The translations under genes were made by a program, and so were the position numbers. From contig JALDTO010000235.1 of NCBI GenBank assembly GCA_023515725.1, forward strand, positions 480,371-544,370: a DNA stretch of 64,000 nucleotides, in the 5' to 3' direction. This document shows positions 13,234 to 27,986 of the stretch, piece after piece (positions within the stretch are counted from its first letter, which is position 1; every line of letters starts with the position of its first letter). The DNA comes from Amoeboaphelidium protococcarum X5 (taxonomy: Eukaryota > Fungi > Aphelidiomycota). Below the pieces are notes generated by a model, which saw only the letters and a program-made list of their open reading frames with translations, ran no database searches and had not been told where the DNA came from.

Positions 13234-13884
13234 ATGGGAAAGTTGAATATATTGAGGCATAAGAAATGGCATGTTGGCAATCAGGACAATTTGGATAAAG
13301 TGAGGCGGGATGAGGCAGTTAGAGCTAATAAAGAGGCAGATGAGTAGAAGAGAGCTCTGGAGATTGAACGCGAAATTAGACTTGATGCCCTTAGATCCTA
13401 ATCTACAGTATAAGGAGAATAGTCTCCGCTACGCAATGCCTTTATGAAGAGTGATATCAATGCGGAAGAGAATGTAGACTACAAGTAAAAGAAACGGTAA
13501 TAAGAGCTGAATTTCAGGGAGAAGAACAATTTAATGTGGCGATTATAGAAAGAAGAAGGTAGATCTTCATCGTCCAGCAATAAGCCGTGGTACAGTCGCG
13601 ATGTTGCCGCACCTATTACTAATAATGTAAAAGACCCCGAGGTTGATATAGATCGTAAAATCGCTCAAGATCCAATGAGAAGAGTTTATTCCTAGTCATA
13701 TTAATAGAAACGATCTATCGCTAAGACTAAGCCTAATAATAAGTATAAGAGTAGTCATCCTGATAATCATAATCATAATTAAGAAAGAGTAGACGAATCC
13801 CATAATGATCTCATGACGCGGCTGAGGCGTGAACGTGTTGAACGTGAGCAAAGGGAAAAGAAGCGTTCAAAGTAGATTGTATGA
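13234..13884 (+). CDS. LENG1: Cir_N-domain splicing-associated protein, LENG1-like
   Basis: MGKLNILRHKKWHVGNQDNLDKVRRDE, KPWY, DPM, LRRERVEREQREK. Confidence 0.8.
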
Positions 13885-13966
13885 ATGTATAATAGTCAAA
13901 AGTATACAAAGAATGTATGATTAAAGGTGTATGTCTATTATGTCTACCACATGTTCAATATCATCA

Positions 13967-16900
13967 TCATAGAGATTTAATTGAAAACTCTTTAGGGATC
14001 GACTGTTCATCAAGAGATCCACTGAGAACAGCCTGCGCCGACTTCATTGCTTTCTAATGATCTCTCTTGAGACGCTGCGCTGCCTGACGTAAATCATCGA
14101 TGCCAGCAGACAGCAGTAAATCCCTTCTCTTCTGTCTAACATCGTCTGATACTCTATTTATAAAATACTATTAGCCAAATTCATTAACCTTCAACGGCTG
14201 ATCCAGTGAGGAAAGCATTGCAATCTTGGCCTCTTCCAAGTAGTTGGCGGTGACAAATTAGTCGCATGCACTTACGGTATTATCAAAAGTCTCCAAACTT
14301 TTCAATGGTTGTGGATCACGGTAAGAAGTGAATGACAATATTCCATGAGTAGCATCAAATGAACAAGACGATCCATATGCACCTCCCTTCTCTCTAATCT
14401 CTTTATGAATATGCTTACGGGAGAGAATCTGACTTAACAGCTGAATGGCCAATGACTATGTCGATAGAAAGTCAACAGCACCCTCATCATCATCATTCAG
14501 CTTATAACATGCAGCAGTGAATGATGTGTTGAACGGCAACTTGAACCATTCTTTCATCTCATGGTCATTCAGGACTTCAGCCGTATAATTGTTAACATTC
14601 TAAAATACTCCACTTTCATCCTGTGCACATAGTCCGGCTTAGAGACTCAGTTGTTCAACATGACGCAAATTATCTTACAGCAAGTCTTCAGAGGCACAAT
14701 GCAATGAGGCGCGGCATTACATGGACTAATCATGGCCACTGAGAATGGACTTCACCTACTTCAGAGCCTCGACTGTTGCGCTAATATCTTACTGCGCCAC
14801 CTAATTCATAAAGGAGACATACTTTAAGCCATCATAAGCAGATTCCAAATACTTTCCAACACCCAGCTTGGATTAAGCATTTGATTTCGCATAGGCATGT
14901 CCAGAGTTGGATACACCACTAGACAGATTAGCGGCAATCATGGAACTGATAGTCTGAACAGTGGCTGTGTTATCAACATTAACATTCTTCATGATATCTA
15001 GCAAAATATCAAAAGCTTTGTCCATATTCTCTGGCAAATACAATGTTGATAGAACTAGAGCATCTTGAACCATATTCTAATCGTCATACTTGCAAGCAAT
15101 AAATGGACTCATAGATACGCCGCCAGTGTACCGCTTAATCAACTCTTCAAAATCAGATCCACTAACATTTGACGTACCTAGACTCTGCACTAAAGCACAA
15201 TATAGAGGCAGATACATTCGCAACTTGGAATCAATACGTCCATTCAGCGGGAATAACAATTTGAAAAAAGACAAATCATTAGTTGCACCCACATAAGTCT
15301 AAACTGGAATGTCTTTGGATATCTTCTTAGTGTCAACAGGGTATCTGATCACCTCAGTGGATGCATCTTTAACTTCAATCTTTGGTAGAACATCGACATT
15401 TGGCACCTGATTCTATTCCTAAGCCAGTTGTAAATTCATTGAATCAATCTACGAGAAATCTTTCACACTTGCTTACACTTATTGAAGAAGTTGATCTTCC
15501 TTCTTACGCAACTCTTGATTGTAATTCTCACTTGGATTCATTACAAATTGTAAACTATGCTTGTTATCCAATAGAGATGAACGTATATACTCACTAAAAA
15601 GCCTTCCACCATCAAACATTTCTTTAAACTTTGCAACTTTACTGTCAATATCCAAATCTGACGGTACATCTAGACCATACAACATATCGCTTATAACACT
15701 AGACGTAACTGATATTCCAAAATCACGCTTAGGCATCTTATTCCTGAGCAATATCTAATGCAATAAGGCGTCTACTCTTTACTATGAACACCATGACAGA
15801 TCTTAGGAGCAATGGTCGAGAGTTTTCATAATGGCAGACTAAACTTCCACCTCCCCGCCACCACCAGACTTCCCATCAACAACTCCAGCAGAGAAGACGA
15901 AATGTGGTCCAAAGTCACTGATACCAGAGCCGGCTGAAAACTCTTTACCCAATTTCGCGTCCAGCAACGACTTATAGAATGGTGCACTCTGGCCATCAAA
16001 TAACAGAGATGACATAATAGACAGATTAAATCTATCCTGAATAAAATTGTCGGTGTGAAATCCTTTCATAATCCATGAGCAACTATACTTGAGCTACTAA
16101 TCAATAGGACCAGACATTTGATCATACTAAAAAGTCTCCTGGATGGTTCTTCCACTTTACCAAAGCTTATGTTTACCATCATTAATAACATTCTGATTTA
16201 ATGCAGCGAGACTATTATCTCTCAGACTATTCGATGAATCTCTAACTGCAGAGTACTGATTAATCAAATCTTCAATTAAAGGAAGCTATTCCTGAAGTGG
16301 ATACTAGCCAAATGTAAATAACTTCATACGCGATGGAGAATACTGCAGGCGATGAAAGTCTACCAAGTCTTTGTACTTTAAGAGAGGAATCTAATAAGGA
16401 TCACCGCCAGAGTTGACACTGTACCTGATATCAACACCATCAAAAAGATGCTCCATCTACTTGTAATAGAATAAATGATTACTGTTCGATAACACTCCTT
16501 TCATTTCATTAAACACTACGCCTTTAAACTCATAATCACCCATATCAGTAGTAGAAGATGCAGGTGGAGCACGCTTCTCCAATCGCCAACCTTCCTGTCT
16601 AAAATCAGACTCTTTCAACAGAGGATCCAGAGTGGCGTCCATATATACAGCCAACAGATTATCCAAATCTTTTCTCTATAAACTACTGAACGGATAAATG
16701 GTGTAATCATTAAATGTCCACGCGTTCATGTACGTGCTCATACTCCTATTCATCATATTGAAGAATGGATCTCGTACTGGAAACTTGCGCGATCCACACA
16801 GAACGGTATGCTCCAGTATGTGAGCCACACCTCTACCATCACTGACTGGAGTGCCAAAACCAAGAGCTATAGTCTACGGTTCAGATATAGTAGATACTCC

Positions 16901-17023
16901 ATTCTGTCCAATCCTGTGGATGTTCACCATCTACGCACCGCATGGATGTTGGAGTTGCGTCACCTTCAAATCTCTCACCACATTCTCTGCAGTCACCTTA
17001 AACTTGCCTCTTCCCACACTCAT
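13967..17023 (-). CDS. CYM1: Presequence protease, M16C metallopeptidase (Cym1/PreP)
   Basis: GVAHILEHTVLCGSRKFPVRDPFF (HxxEH), FKGVVFNEMKG, IREKGGAYG, SYRDP; 1018 aa open under TAR=Q. Confidence 0.93.
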
Positions 17024-17405
17024 AATTTACTCCGAGTTATTATTTTAATCTTAAAGAGAAATTAATAACGGGATAATACTGAAAATGCAAAAGAGTTAAC
17101 CACTTTCCAAATTACTATTTAGTTATCGCGTTGAACACCTGCAGTTGGAGATAAAGAACGAGGATGAGTGAGAGAAACAACCTCGCGCGATGACAAAGAA
17201 CGACGAAACGTCAACTCGAAGAGGAAACGCGTTCGATTTCTGAGTCTCTTTCCCTCTCTCTTCCCTCTATTGAAAGTCTACTCTTTCTATTCTTATCATA
17301 CTACTACTACTGCATAAGTGTATAAAATAATACTACACCTTTCATCTAATCCTAATAAAATTAATTTCTGTGTTGGAAACTAATTATTACTAAAATCTAA
17401 AAATA

Positions 17406-19229
17406 ATGTCTGAGAGTAGAGAATAGGTGAAGTAGCTGTTCTTAAATGCTAGTAGTGATATGTAATTGTTTGAGGCTCTGAAGAACGGGTATGATTTGAT
17501 TAAAGATGACGCTGAATTGGCACAAATTATTGCGGATTCTGATAACTTGAGATTGGCTGCAATGTCTTTTAGTTTGGATTCTAGTTTTGGGTGTAAGGTG
17601 TTTGCGTTGCTTCCTATTGGTGACTTGATTGACTGTTTGGAGTACGAGTCTGTGGATCGTCAAGTCACTATTCTGTAATATCTGCAGGTGGCTGCCAGTC
17701 ATGCAAAATGTAATAAAGTTTTGTAATCCAGTAAAGATTTTAATGAATATTTGGCAACTTTTGCTAGTGGTGGTGGTGGTAGAAGTCTTGTTGTTGGATA
17801 GAGCAGAAGTAGCAATAGCAGTAGTAAAGTTAATGATCCTGCTCAGGTGGAGTAATTGCGCAATCTGGTCCAAATCCTTAAAGTGAAGTTGTAAAAGGAA
17901 CGCAATTTGGAAGCTTTTAAAGAGCAATTTGATGATAATACTAGTGTAGCAGTGGAAGGTATTGCCTACCTTACAGTGTCTTGGAAAAATAGGAGACTTT
18001 TGGGCGGTGATGTGGAATTTTTGAAAAAGTTTATCGCATATGGTCAATCTAATGATATTACACAGATATAGTATGGATCGGCAGCTATTGTTTATAATCT
18101 TTGTAGTTATAAGAGAAAGTTGAGTGAAGAATAGGAGCAGGTAATGAAGTTGAGAAAGTTTGCTAAAGATGAAGATGCCGTGTCCTAGATGGGTCCTGGT
18201 GGAGGTGGAAGTGATGATGATGATGATGATGATGTGGCGGATGCTAATGAAGTTGTGGATTAGAGATGTCGCCATTTAATTGATTTGGGTGTGATGAGCC
18301 TTTTGCACAAGATTGTGAAGAGTGGGTGTTCATCATAATGCATGAAGCTCTTGGCAGTCATACTGAATTAGCTATCGAATATAGTTGACCGTAGAGCTGT
18401 GCTTGCTCAGTAGGGAATTGTGAAGGTGGGTATGATACTGCTTAATGATGATCTTCTGCCGAAAGAGATTAAATTTATCCCGGTTTAGAATGATCAAGAT
18501 TCCTTGTAATTAAATGTTTGCAGTGCTTTTAGTAAAATTGCAATCACCGTCGATCCTAATTATGCTTTTACCAGAGACCGAGTTATTGAATTGATCCGCC
18601 CGTTATTATATCTGACATAGAGCACTTATGAGCTGCATCAGTTTGAGGCAATGATGGCCCTGACTAATTTAATGTCAATTGAGAAAGATCGGGAGGTCGT
18701 TTTGGAGTTTGCCTGCAAGGCTGGCATTATGAAAGGCATCGAGAATGTTGTATTCAGTGATAATGTTCTGGTTCGCCGTTCAGCTGTGGAATGTTGCTGC
18801 AATATGCTCTATTGTGAGCCGGCTATTAAATTCTTCTCCGGTAATAGAGATAAGGTCAAGCTGATGTTGGCCCTGTGTACTGTAGATGATGAAGCCACGG
18901 TTTCCGCTGCCAGTGGAGCATTGGCCATTATGTCAATATGTGGTGAGGATGTAGTGCCTTGGGCTGCAGAGAGCAAGACGATTTGCAGTTACATTGCTGA
19001 TCTCGTGCCATTGAGTTAGAATGCCATCGATGAATTGTTATCTTCTCAATCAGTGGCTCTGCTTCAGCGTGCTTGTATGATAACTCGGAATCTTATTTCC
19101 GCCGGTAGGAAGCAATTGCTTGAAGGAAATGTGAAATAGTTGTAAAAGTAGTTGACCAGTGGCGATTTTGAAATAAGAAAAACGGCCCAATTCACTCTAT
19201 AGCAAATATCATTGTAAAAGGAAGATTGA
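17406..19229 (+). CDS. SHE4: UCS-domain myosin chaperone (She4/UNC-45 family, no TPR)
   Basis: AVEGIAYLT, LHQFEAMMALTNLMS, LVRRSAVECCCNM, AASGALA; single ORF to TGA 19227-19229. Confidence 0.88.
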
Positions 19230-19313
19230 TTTGAATAGTACTGTAACTAAAAAAATTATATTTGTATTCTACATTTTTGATAGTGCTATTTCAGCTATAA
19301 AGATATTACTATA

Positions 19314-22300
19314 TCACTTCTCAGCGTCTAAACTGTTGGTTGATCCAGCTGCAGATCTTGCAGCCTTCTTGTCTTGAATTGCTTTCAGAGCAGATGAAGA
19401 GAATACCAACTTGCCTCCCTCTTGCTTCTTCACAGCCGACTGTCTTTTCGCAGCAGCTTCGGCACGCTCTTACTCCTTCTTGGCGCGCTCAGGGAAATTT
19501 TAAGCAAATAGCGGACACACCTTGTTAGTCATAATATGACCAATCTGACCACATGCACGACACTTTCTATGACTAGAGCCGAGTCGCTTCAAACCACTTT
19601 CATCGATTCCCTAAACTGGTCCAGTGGCAAGGTCCTTAGCCGTTAAGCCGTGCTCCCTCTTCAATCTCCTCATCTCCTCCTAAATCTTCTTCTTACGCAT
19701 CTCGTTATCATCAACATCCATCATGGCAATGGAGGAGTCTCCACCCGAAAGTTCAATCAGCCGTTTCTATTTCAGATAAGCATTTATAATGCGAGTGTCA
19801 GTAATAACTTCCTCCTACCAAACCTCTTTACCAGTTTCATCTTTTACCCGCCGCTTTATGAGGTATCCTTTCGGCATCATGGTAGCTCTGGACGATGAGA
19901 CACTCTGAGTATCTTCATAATCAAGCAGAGATGTGGATTTCACCTTCTATAACTACTAAGACTGCTGAATCATCTTCATCATCTCTTGCATCTCAGCCTC
20001 AGCTTCGGCCTGTTCATTATCATCATCTTCCAGCATAACATCTAACTCGGGCTCTTCATTAGAACTAAGGGCTTTTGCCTGAGCATTCCACACATTCTAC
20101 AACTCCTTCTTGTAAAATCTCTACTAGTCTGTCAGAGAGAACTTGTGTCCAGTTTTCACTTGAGATGCATAGTACGCCTCAAAATCCTCATGAGTAGCAC
20201 CATTCCACAGGAACATCTCTTTGGATGAGAACCAGAAAAAAGAGAAGGCCTCACCTCGACCCGTGGGATCTCCAGGACCAAACACTTGAACCATTCCCTT
20301 GGAAGAAGCAGCCAATAGTACATTCTTGCATATATTCCAAGGACTCATCTAAATCTCTTCATCCAGCTATACTTCAGGCTGCTCCTCGGCATCTTCGTCA
20401 TCCCCACCCGTTCCGATCTCACCAGATCCATAACCGCAGTCAGCCAGGCGCTACTAACCCACACGCATTGAATCGAAGGCGACAATCTACTCAGGCGTGA
20501 GCATACGGAATAGTTCCTACTCGGAAGGTAGTGGCAATCTATCGCGAATAGAAATCAGAACCTTGTTACTCTTCTTGGCCTTTTAAACATTGAATAATTC
20601 TTTCAAATGCTTCTTCAAAGACTAATCATGATACCTGTAATGAGAATTGATAACTCTATTTATGGGATACTTGGTATCTCTACCACGCTTCTTTATTCTA
20701 CGCAGAGCAGCAACTTTAAGCCGATCGCGCACTAGAAATTTCACCTTTCTAGACTGAGGCGGTGGAACATGCATAAGAGGAATAGTTTATCCAACTGCAT
20801 ATGCTCGCATAATGGGCCTCAAATAGAAAGAGGATCTTCCTTTGAGCGTGGTACGAATGAACAGAAAGTCATCATTATGCAGTTCCTACTTCCAAATAGG
20901 AGCAATAAACAGGTTATTCTTAATAGCTTGCACAGTCTCCCCTTGCTTAACATTACCAAAACAGAAAAACGGTGAAGCGTCCACCTACTCCAATACACTG
21001 GGCATTCCATCAGCAAGTTTAGGAATGAAAGGATCCTTCTCTTCAGTCTTGCGATAATAGTTCATAATGAATGAACCCATGCCAACATTAGACACCAGTG
21101 GCGGATACTCTTCAGAATACTCCATCAGGACAAAGTCTGAGTTATCTTTCAGAGTCAAATCCTTGGCAGAAGACAGAACCTCAGTCACCTCCAGCCCTCT
21201 AATCTTATTCTTCTTCAAAGCCTTCACCTTGCTAAACTAAACCGTATCTCCACCATTCACCTTAAATTATGGTCTATGCCATGCTCTAAGATCAGACTTG
21301 GACATGTATCGCTTAAAGAACGGCATCTGAAGTTTAAGAGCAGGCAGTGAGTGCTAAATAAATATTCTACCAAAATGCTACCTGACGCGTCCACGCTTCT
21401 TAATACTCTCATAATATCGATCATTGGATAGATTTAACTTTTCAGCTGGGACTTACGAGATAGCTCTTATTATAGCCGCATTAGCTCCTCTCTTCTTTGG
21501 CGGTCGCTAAATTTATGATTATGCAACAGCACGGCCTGGCTAAGTATTTGCCGGAATCGATAATACAGTGGAGTCCACCTACTGGAAAGGATCATTCAAA
21601 TTAACAATAACGGGGACTTTGGCCAATCTCTCGGCATCCTGCTCATCCCAAATAATCTAATCTTCCCACTCTCCATCAATAAGATCAAAGTTGGGAATAT
21701 TCCTTAGTCTTTATTCTATTAAATCTAATGAGCTAGATTTATCGCAATTCTCCTAATCGCTGACATCCCAGATAATACCATCTTCCCAATTGGTGGTATT
21801 AATTGGATGTAGATCCTGCTATTCTTACTTTGAAAGACGATGGACTTGATCATAACTCTAAATCATTAGACTATTTTAAAATGATTTATCCACTTAAGAA
21901 TATCTGAGCTGGTTGTGATGTCCAGTGTCCGATTTCTATGGTAATGGTCTATAGCTATTAAAGAGCTCCAAATCATTCGGAGCAGGTGTATTCAATTTCT
22001 CCAACCAGACTTGAATCTCTTTAGGCAACGGTTCCTCCACAGAATCTTGAACTTTATAAGCTTTAGTACTACCAGCCGTTCGTTAGGAACTATTAGATTA
22101 AATACCACTGAATAACTCTGTAAATTTCAAAGGACCATCCTTGGTAAATAGTGGGAAAATCTGCTTGACTTCTTCCTCTGTTGCCACCCGCCTCGAGTCA
22201 TCATCGATATTGTTAATATTAAGAGGCTTCATCTCCGCAGATTACTACTTCCTTGATGACAATGCATCCTCATCTTCATCTAATGCAATAAGATCGTCAT

Positions 22301-22508
22301 CATCAACATCGATTTCACTCAAATCTGATCCTGCGACATCACCATTCAGTGACTAAAGAGACGCATTAACTAAACCTTTTGAATCAGATGAACCATTCTG
22401 CATAGACTAAAGACCAGCCAGTGCGTTCCCACTCAACAAAGACGCTAATTCCTAATCTCCACTATCACCCAGATTTCCAAACAGTAAACTAGCAGGAATC
22501 CCATTCAT
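19314..22508 (-). CDS. TAF1: TFIID subunit TAF1, fungal type without bromodomains
   Basis: N-terminal LFGN motif, FNLSNDRYYE, LMEYSEEYPPLVSNVGMGS, GPGDPTGRGEAFSF, C-terminal Zn knuckle CRACGQIGHIMTNKVCP. Confidence 0.95.
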
Positions 22509-22787
22509 ACTGATAATCTGTATAATGAAGCCTAATTATTAACGCAAAAATGATATTTAATACGGATTTACACTAGTTGTGTCAATAGTCGAGAGGGTTG
22601 GAGCTGTTCTGAGTTTTCAGAGGAGTAAAAAGAGAGGGACGAACTAAGGAAAGCTACTGAAGCGCGAGTCTCTCTCATTCACGCGCGAACGAAGTGTCGT
22701 CTCTGCAAGAGAAATTTCCTTCCACTGCAAAGTTGCCTCAATTGAACTCCATATAGTACCTGCTCTATATTTAAGAATTGTAGAAAA

Positions 22788-24455
<1,668 letters not shown>

Positions 24456-24935
24456 GGTATATCGTTTTGATAGATTGACAGTACTATCATTGTGAGATAT
24501 AATTGAAACTAATGCCACTTTTGAATATTAATAAATGGCGATAAATCTAATGATTTGCTCATTTTTAAGCTTGAATAATAGCATGTAGACATTGCTATCA
24601 GGTTGCTAATTCGCAAGCGCACATGCCCAGGTGAGGCCAAGCTTGGATTGACGTGTAATGTCATTTCGGATGCCTCGACACATCTTCTATAAATACTACA
24701 ACAAGATTATTTCAAAAGAGACAGACATTTCTAGTAGCAAAAAAGGAAAGTAAATTAGGTTAACCAGTCGAATAAAGTCTATTCGTTCATTAGTTCAACT
24801 TGCAACTTGCGACTGCTTTCCAATCTTTAATTGAGCATTGTATGCTTCACGACAAAGCGCTTTACATCTGCTTCCTAGATTGCTTCATTATAGAGAAAGT
24901 CATCACTAATGTCTACCGAGCTTAAGCGCACGGAC

Positions 24936-25300
24936 TCATTAAATGACAAAGCGCAATGGGAAAGTGCCCCCATTCATCATCATGTACAGCCCAATATACA
25001 AAATATTGATGGCTGCATTGCTATCGCCATTCATCTGATGATTAGGCTTTACAGTACATACAGAGGAACTTGTCCTGCGGACGTCGATATCTCGTGCCAA
25101 AGCTGTGGCAAACACAGCATATTGAACTAGTCCAAGGCTCAGGTGTCAGAACCACCGTGGCATATTTGTTCAAGACATATCTAAGCTGCACGAGAGGAGG
25201 CAATTTCTTTCTACCAAAAACCAACAAATCATATTAGTCGCGTTTGCCATAGAAAATACAAGACCCTCTAATAGAGTCCCCCTCCTTGCATAATAATGCC
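24936..25300 (-). pseudogene. Fanzor/TnpB-like RNA-guided nuclease C-terminal remnant, frameshifted
   Basis: CIFYG...PPLVQLRYVLNKYATVVLTPEPWTSSICCVC...FLCMYC, then a frameshift near 25044 into NHQMNGDSNAAINILYIG: RuvC-II Glu, CxxC/CxxC finger, RuvC-III DxNAAxNI. Confidence 0.75.
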
Positions 25301-25705
25301 CATTGGGTTTGTTGCTTTAAGCTGCATAATGAGCTGACTCAAATTGCACCCATGACTACCTAACGATAAAACTACTGTACTGTTTATTCTGAGCAGACGA
25401 AATCAAAACATCAAAAAAGAGAGAGAGAGAGACGAGTTCATGCTCTGCAAAAAGCTTAATCGACGCACCAAAAGCGCGTAAAGCCGAACAGCCGTGATTG
25501 ATCGTATCGTTGCTGAGTGAATTTGAAAATTAAAACTCGTTGTGTTTCAACGCTTCAAACTCTTTTTGTTCCTTTCTTTCTTTTTCTGATCAGGTGAAAG
25601 AGTTTTGACTATTACTGTACTATCATCTGCTTATTATTGATAAGAGTTTATAGTTGACTTTCTCATCACTTTAAATTTATTATTTCTGTAAAATTAAAAA
25701 AGATT

Positions 25706-27262
25706 ATGTCTCCATCTATAATAGCAAGTGTAAGTCCATTGCGAAGTAATGATAACTAGTACAGTCGTTCGGTGAGAGATGAATTGAAGCACAAGGTTGT
25801 GCATGATTTAGCTGATTCTGTTAGATGGAAATTTGAAGATGGATATATGTATAATGATTCTCACGATTAAGCCTAATTTGATACCATGTCTGCTGATATG
25901 AATCCCTTTTATAAACCCCACCATCCAGATTCTGCTCCGGTTAGACCTTTGTCCGTTTCATCTCAACAGCATACAAAGAATCATATTCATACTAATAATG
26001 ATAATTATAGTTATAATAAGAAGTAAGGTCGCAAAGATTAAAATTATAAAATGACTGTTGCTGGCATGGAGGAGCGTATGCAAAGATTTAAAATTAATTG
26101 TCAAGAGTAAATGTAAAGATAATTATAGTAGTAGATGAATGAATTTAGAGAGAAACAGTTGGCGTTAATTGAGCAAGCTGCACATACCAAGTATCAGTAA
26201 TAGTTGCATGCAATGAAGCAGGAAATGTATAAAGATGTGCTATAGAGAGAGATTGATGTGATGCAGAAATCTGAGGTTCTTGATAAGGAGATCAAGTTGG
26301 GCCGTCAGATCTTGGAGGATGAGATGAAGCAGTAGAGGCAAGAGATGTTGTTTGAGATGGAGTAATTCAGGTTGAAAGATTCTGCATTGTAACGAGAGCT
26401 TGAGGGGGCTATACGAGCGGCCAAGCTGGAAGAGGAGCAGTATTAGAGTAAGATGTCTGCAGCCCATGAAAAGGCTATGGAAGCTCAGCGATTGAAGGAT
26501 AGTTATTAGGTGCGTCTGAGAGATGAGATGCTACAGTATTAATTGAAATTTGATAAGGAACATGCACGCGAGTTGGAATAAGCGAAAGCTGAACGTATAC
26601 ATTTGGAGAGTGAACGGCAGTCGCTGAAGGAGAGATCTCTCAATTTTGAATTTTTGAAATCTTAGTTGGAAGAGTTGAAATAGAAGAATGCATCATTATA
26701 AAAGGAACTGGAATCTAATAAAACTGCCATGAAGAATCTGAAGCATGATAATGAACAATTGATGCGGGTAAATTCCAGTTATGAATAACAAGTGAAGCAG
26801 TGGAACAAGGATCAAGATCAGCTGTCTCTATCTAGATAGCAAGAGTTTAAGCAATTTTAGACAAAGATTCAGAATTTGGAGCAAGTTTGTGCACAGAGAT
26901 CTTCGGAAGTTGCCACGTTCGGATAGAGATTAAAGGATTCCCTGGCAGACTCTCACCGATACCGAAAATTGTACAAGAGATACAAGAGTGAACACGAATC
27001 CCTGGCTTAGAGTGTGCAGTCTCTGATAATGGAGAATTAGAATTTATAATCTGGTCATGATGAAAGCTATCTCAAGATTCAGAATTTGCAGAGGGAACTT
27101 ACAGATTGTAAAGTGATGCTTAAACATGCTCAGTCGGCGTTGAACAGTAATGCTGCTGGTGGTCTCGCCGCTTAATCACTTCGACAGAGTCAGATGCGAT
27201 AGACATCACCTGTTCCAGATGTTATTCCACCTTTGCAGAATATTTTGTAATCCTAAAAATGA
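25706..27262 (+). CDS. OFD1: OFD1-like centriolar/basal-body coiled-coil protein
   Basis: MEERMQRFKINCQEQMQRQLQQQMNEFREKQLALIEQAAHTKY...QRQEMLFEMEQFRLKDSAL...KLEEE tracks the OFD1 coiled-coil core as I recall it; SVRDELKHKVVHDL resembles its N-terminal motif. Confidence 0.65.
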
Positions 27263-27443
27263 ATGTTATTGTCTTTATATTGATGCTTTGAGTCACTTTC
27301 TATCCCGGTTTGGATTTCTTTCATACTCTTCTATAATATTGTAGATCTTAAGCAAATCAAATCAAACTCTAATTGTTAATTTCTGACGATTGTCCCAACT
27401 GAGTGTATTTTTGTTCTACAGAAATTTTAATTTGGTGTGAATA

Positions 27444-27874
27444 ATGAAAAAATACATATCCAAAGGTAATAATTTTTCCTTTATCAAATTGACGCCTTGA
27501 AATTATGATATTAATAATAATTGTAATCGAGCGTAGGCGGAGATGTGGTTGAAGAGGCACCGTGGTATGTCAAAGTGTTCACGCAGATTAAGGACATTCT
27601 GACAACTCTGCTGGCATTCTTTATGAGTTTTGTGTACAACTTTTACAAGGTATGAATGATTATATGTAGTTGATGATAAAGTCAAAAATTTGATGTATTG
27701 AGATAAATGTAGCCAAATGATAATCAATACAGTGCCGCAAAGCGAAAGAAGGATGATGATTATTATGGTGGACCAGGTGGTGGTGGTGGTGGTGGTAAGC
27801 GAATGGGCGGAATCAGTGGGGACTAACAAGTGATGCAACATGGTCCCTCTTGTTCCACTGGCAAATGTGGATGA
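27444..27874 (+). CDS. SELENOK: Selenoprotein K (SelK/SelG) family, Cys-type homolog
   Basis: Three exons: MKKYISKGGDVVEEAPW, a TM helix, GGPGGGGGGGKRMGGI, ...PSCSTGKCG then TGA. Confidence 0.75.
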
Positions 27875-27986
27875 TTTTATAAATGATGATTATCGTTATA
27901 ATGAATCTCAATCTCAGCACCTCTTTCCTTTACTCGAACATATCATTAAGTAGAGTAGAAATAGAGTCTATGTATATACATAAAGT

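Noticed and set aside
17442-18275. 277-aa minus-strand ORF in the track
   Set aside because: Antisense shadow of the She4/UCS gene; no recognisable motifs
27875-27960. Possible SECIS after the SelK homolog (ATGATG ATTAT CGTT ATAAT GA)
   Set aside because: Stem far too short for a SECIS helix II, no apical AA loop, and a Cys already occupies the Sec-equivalent position
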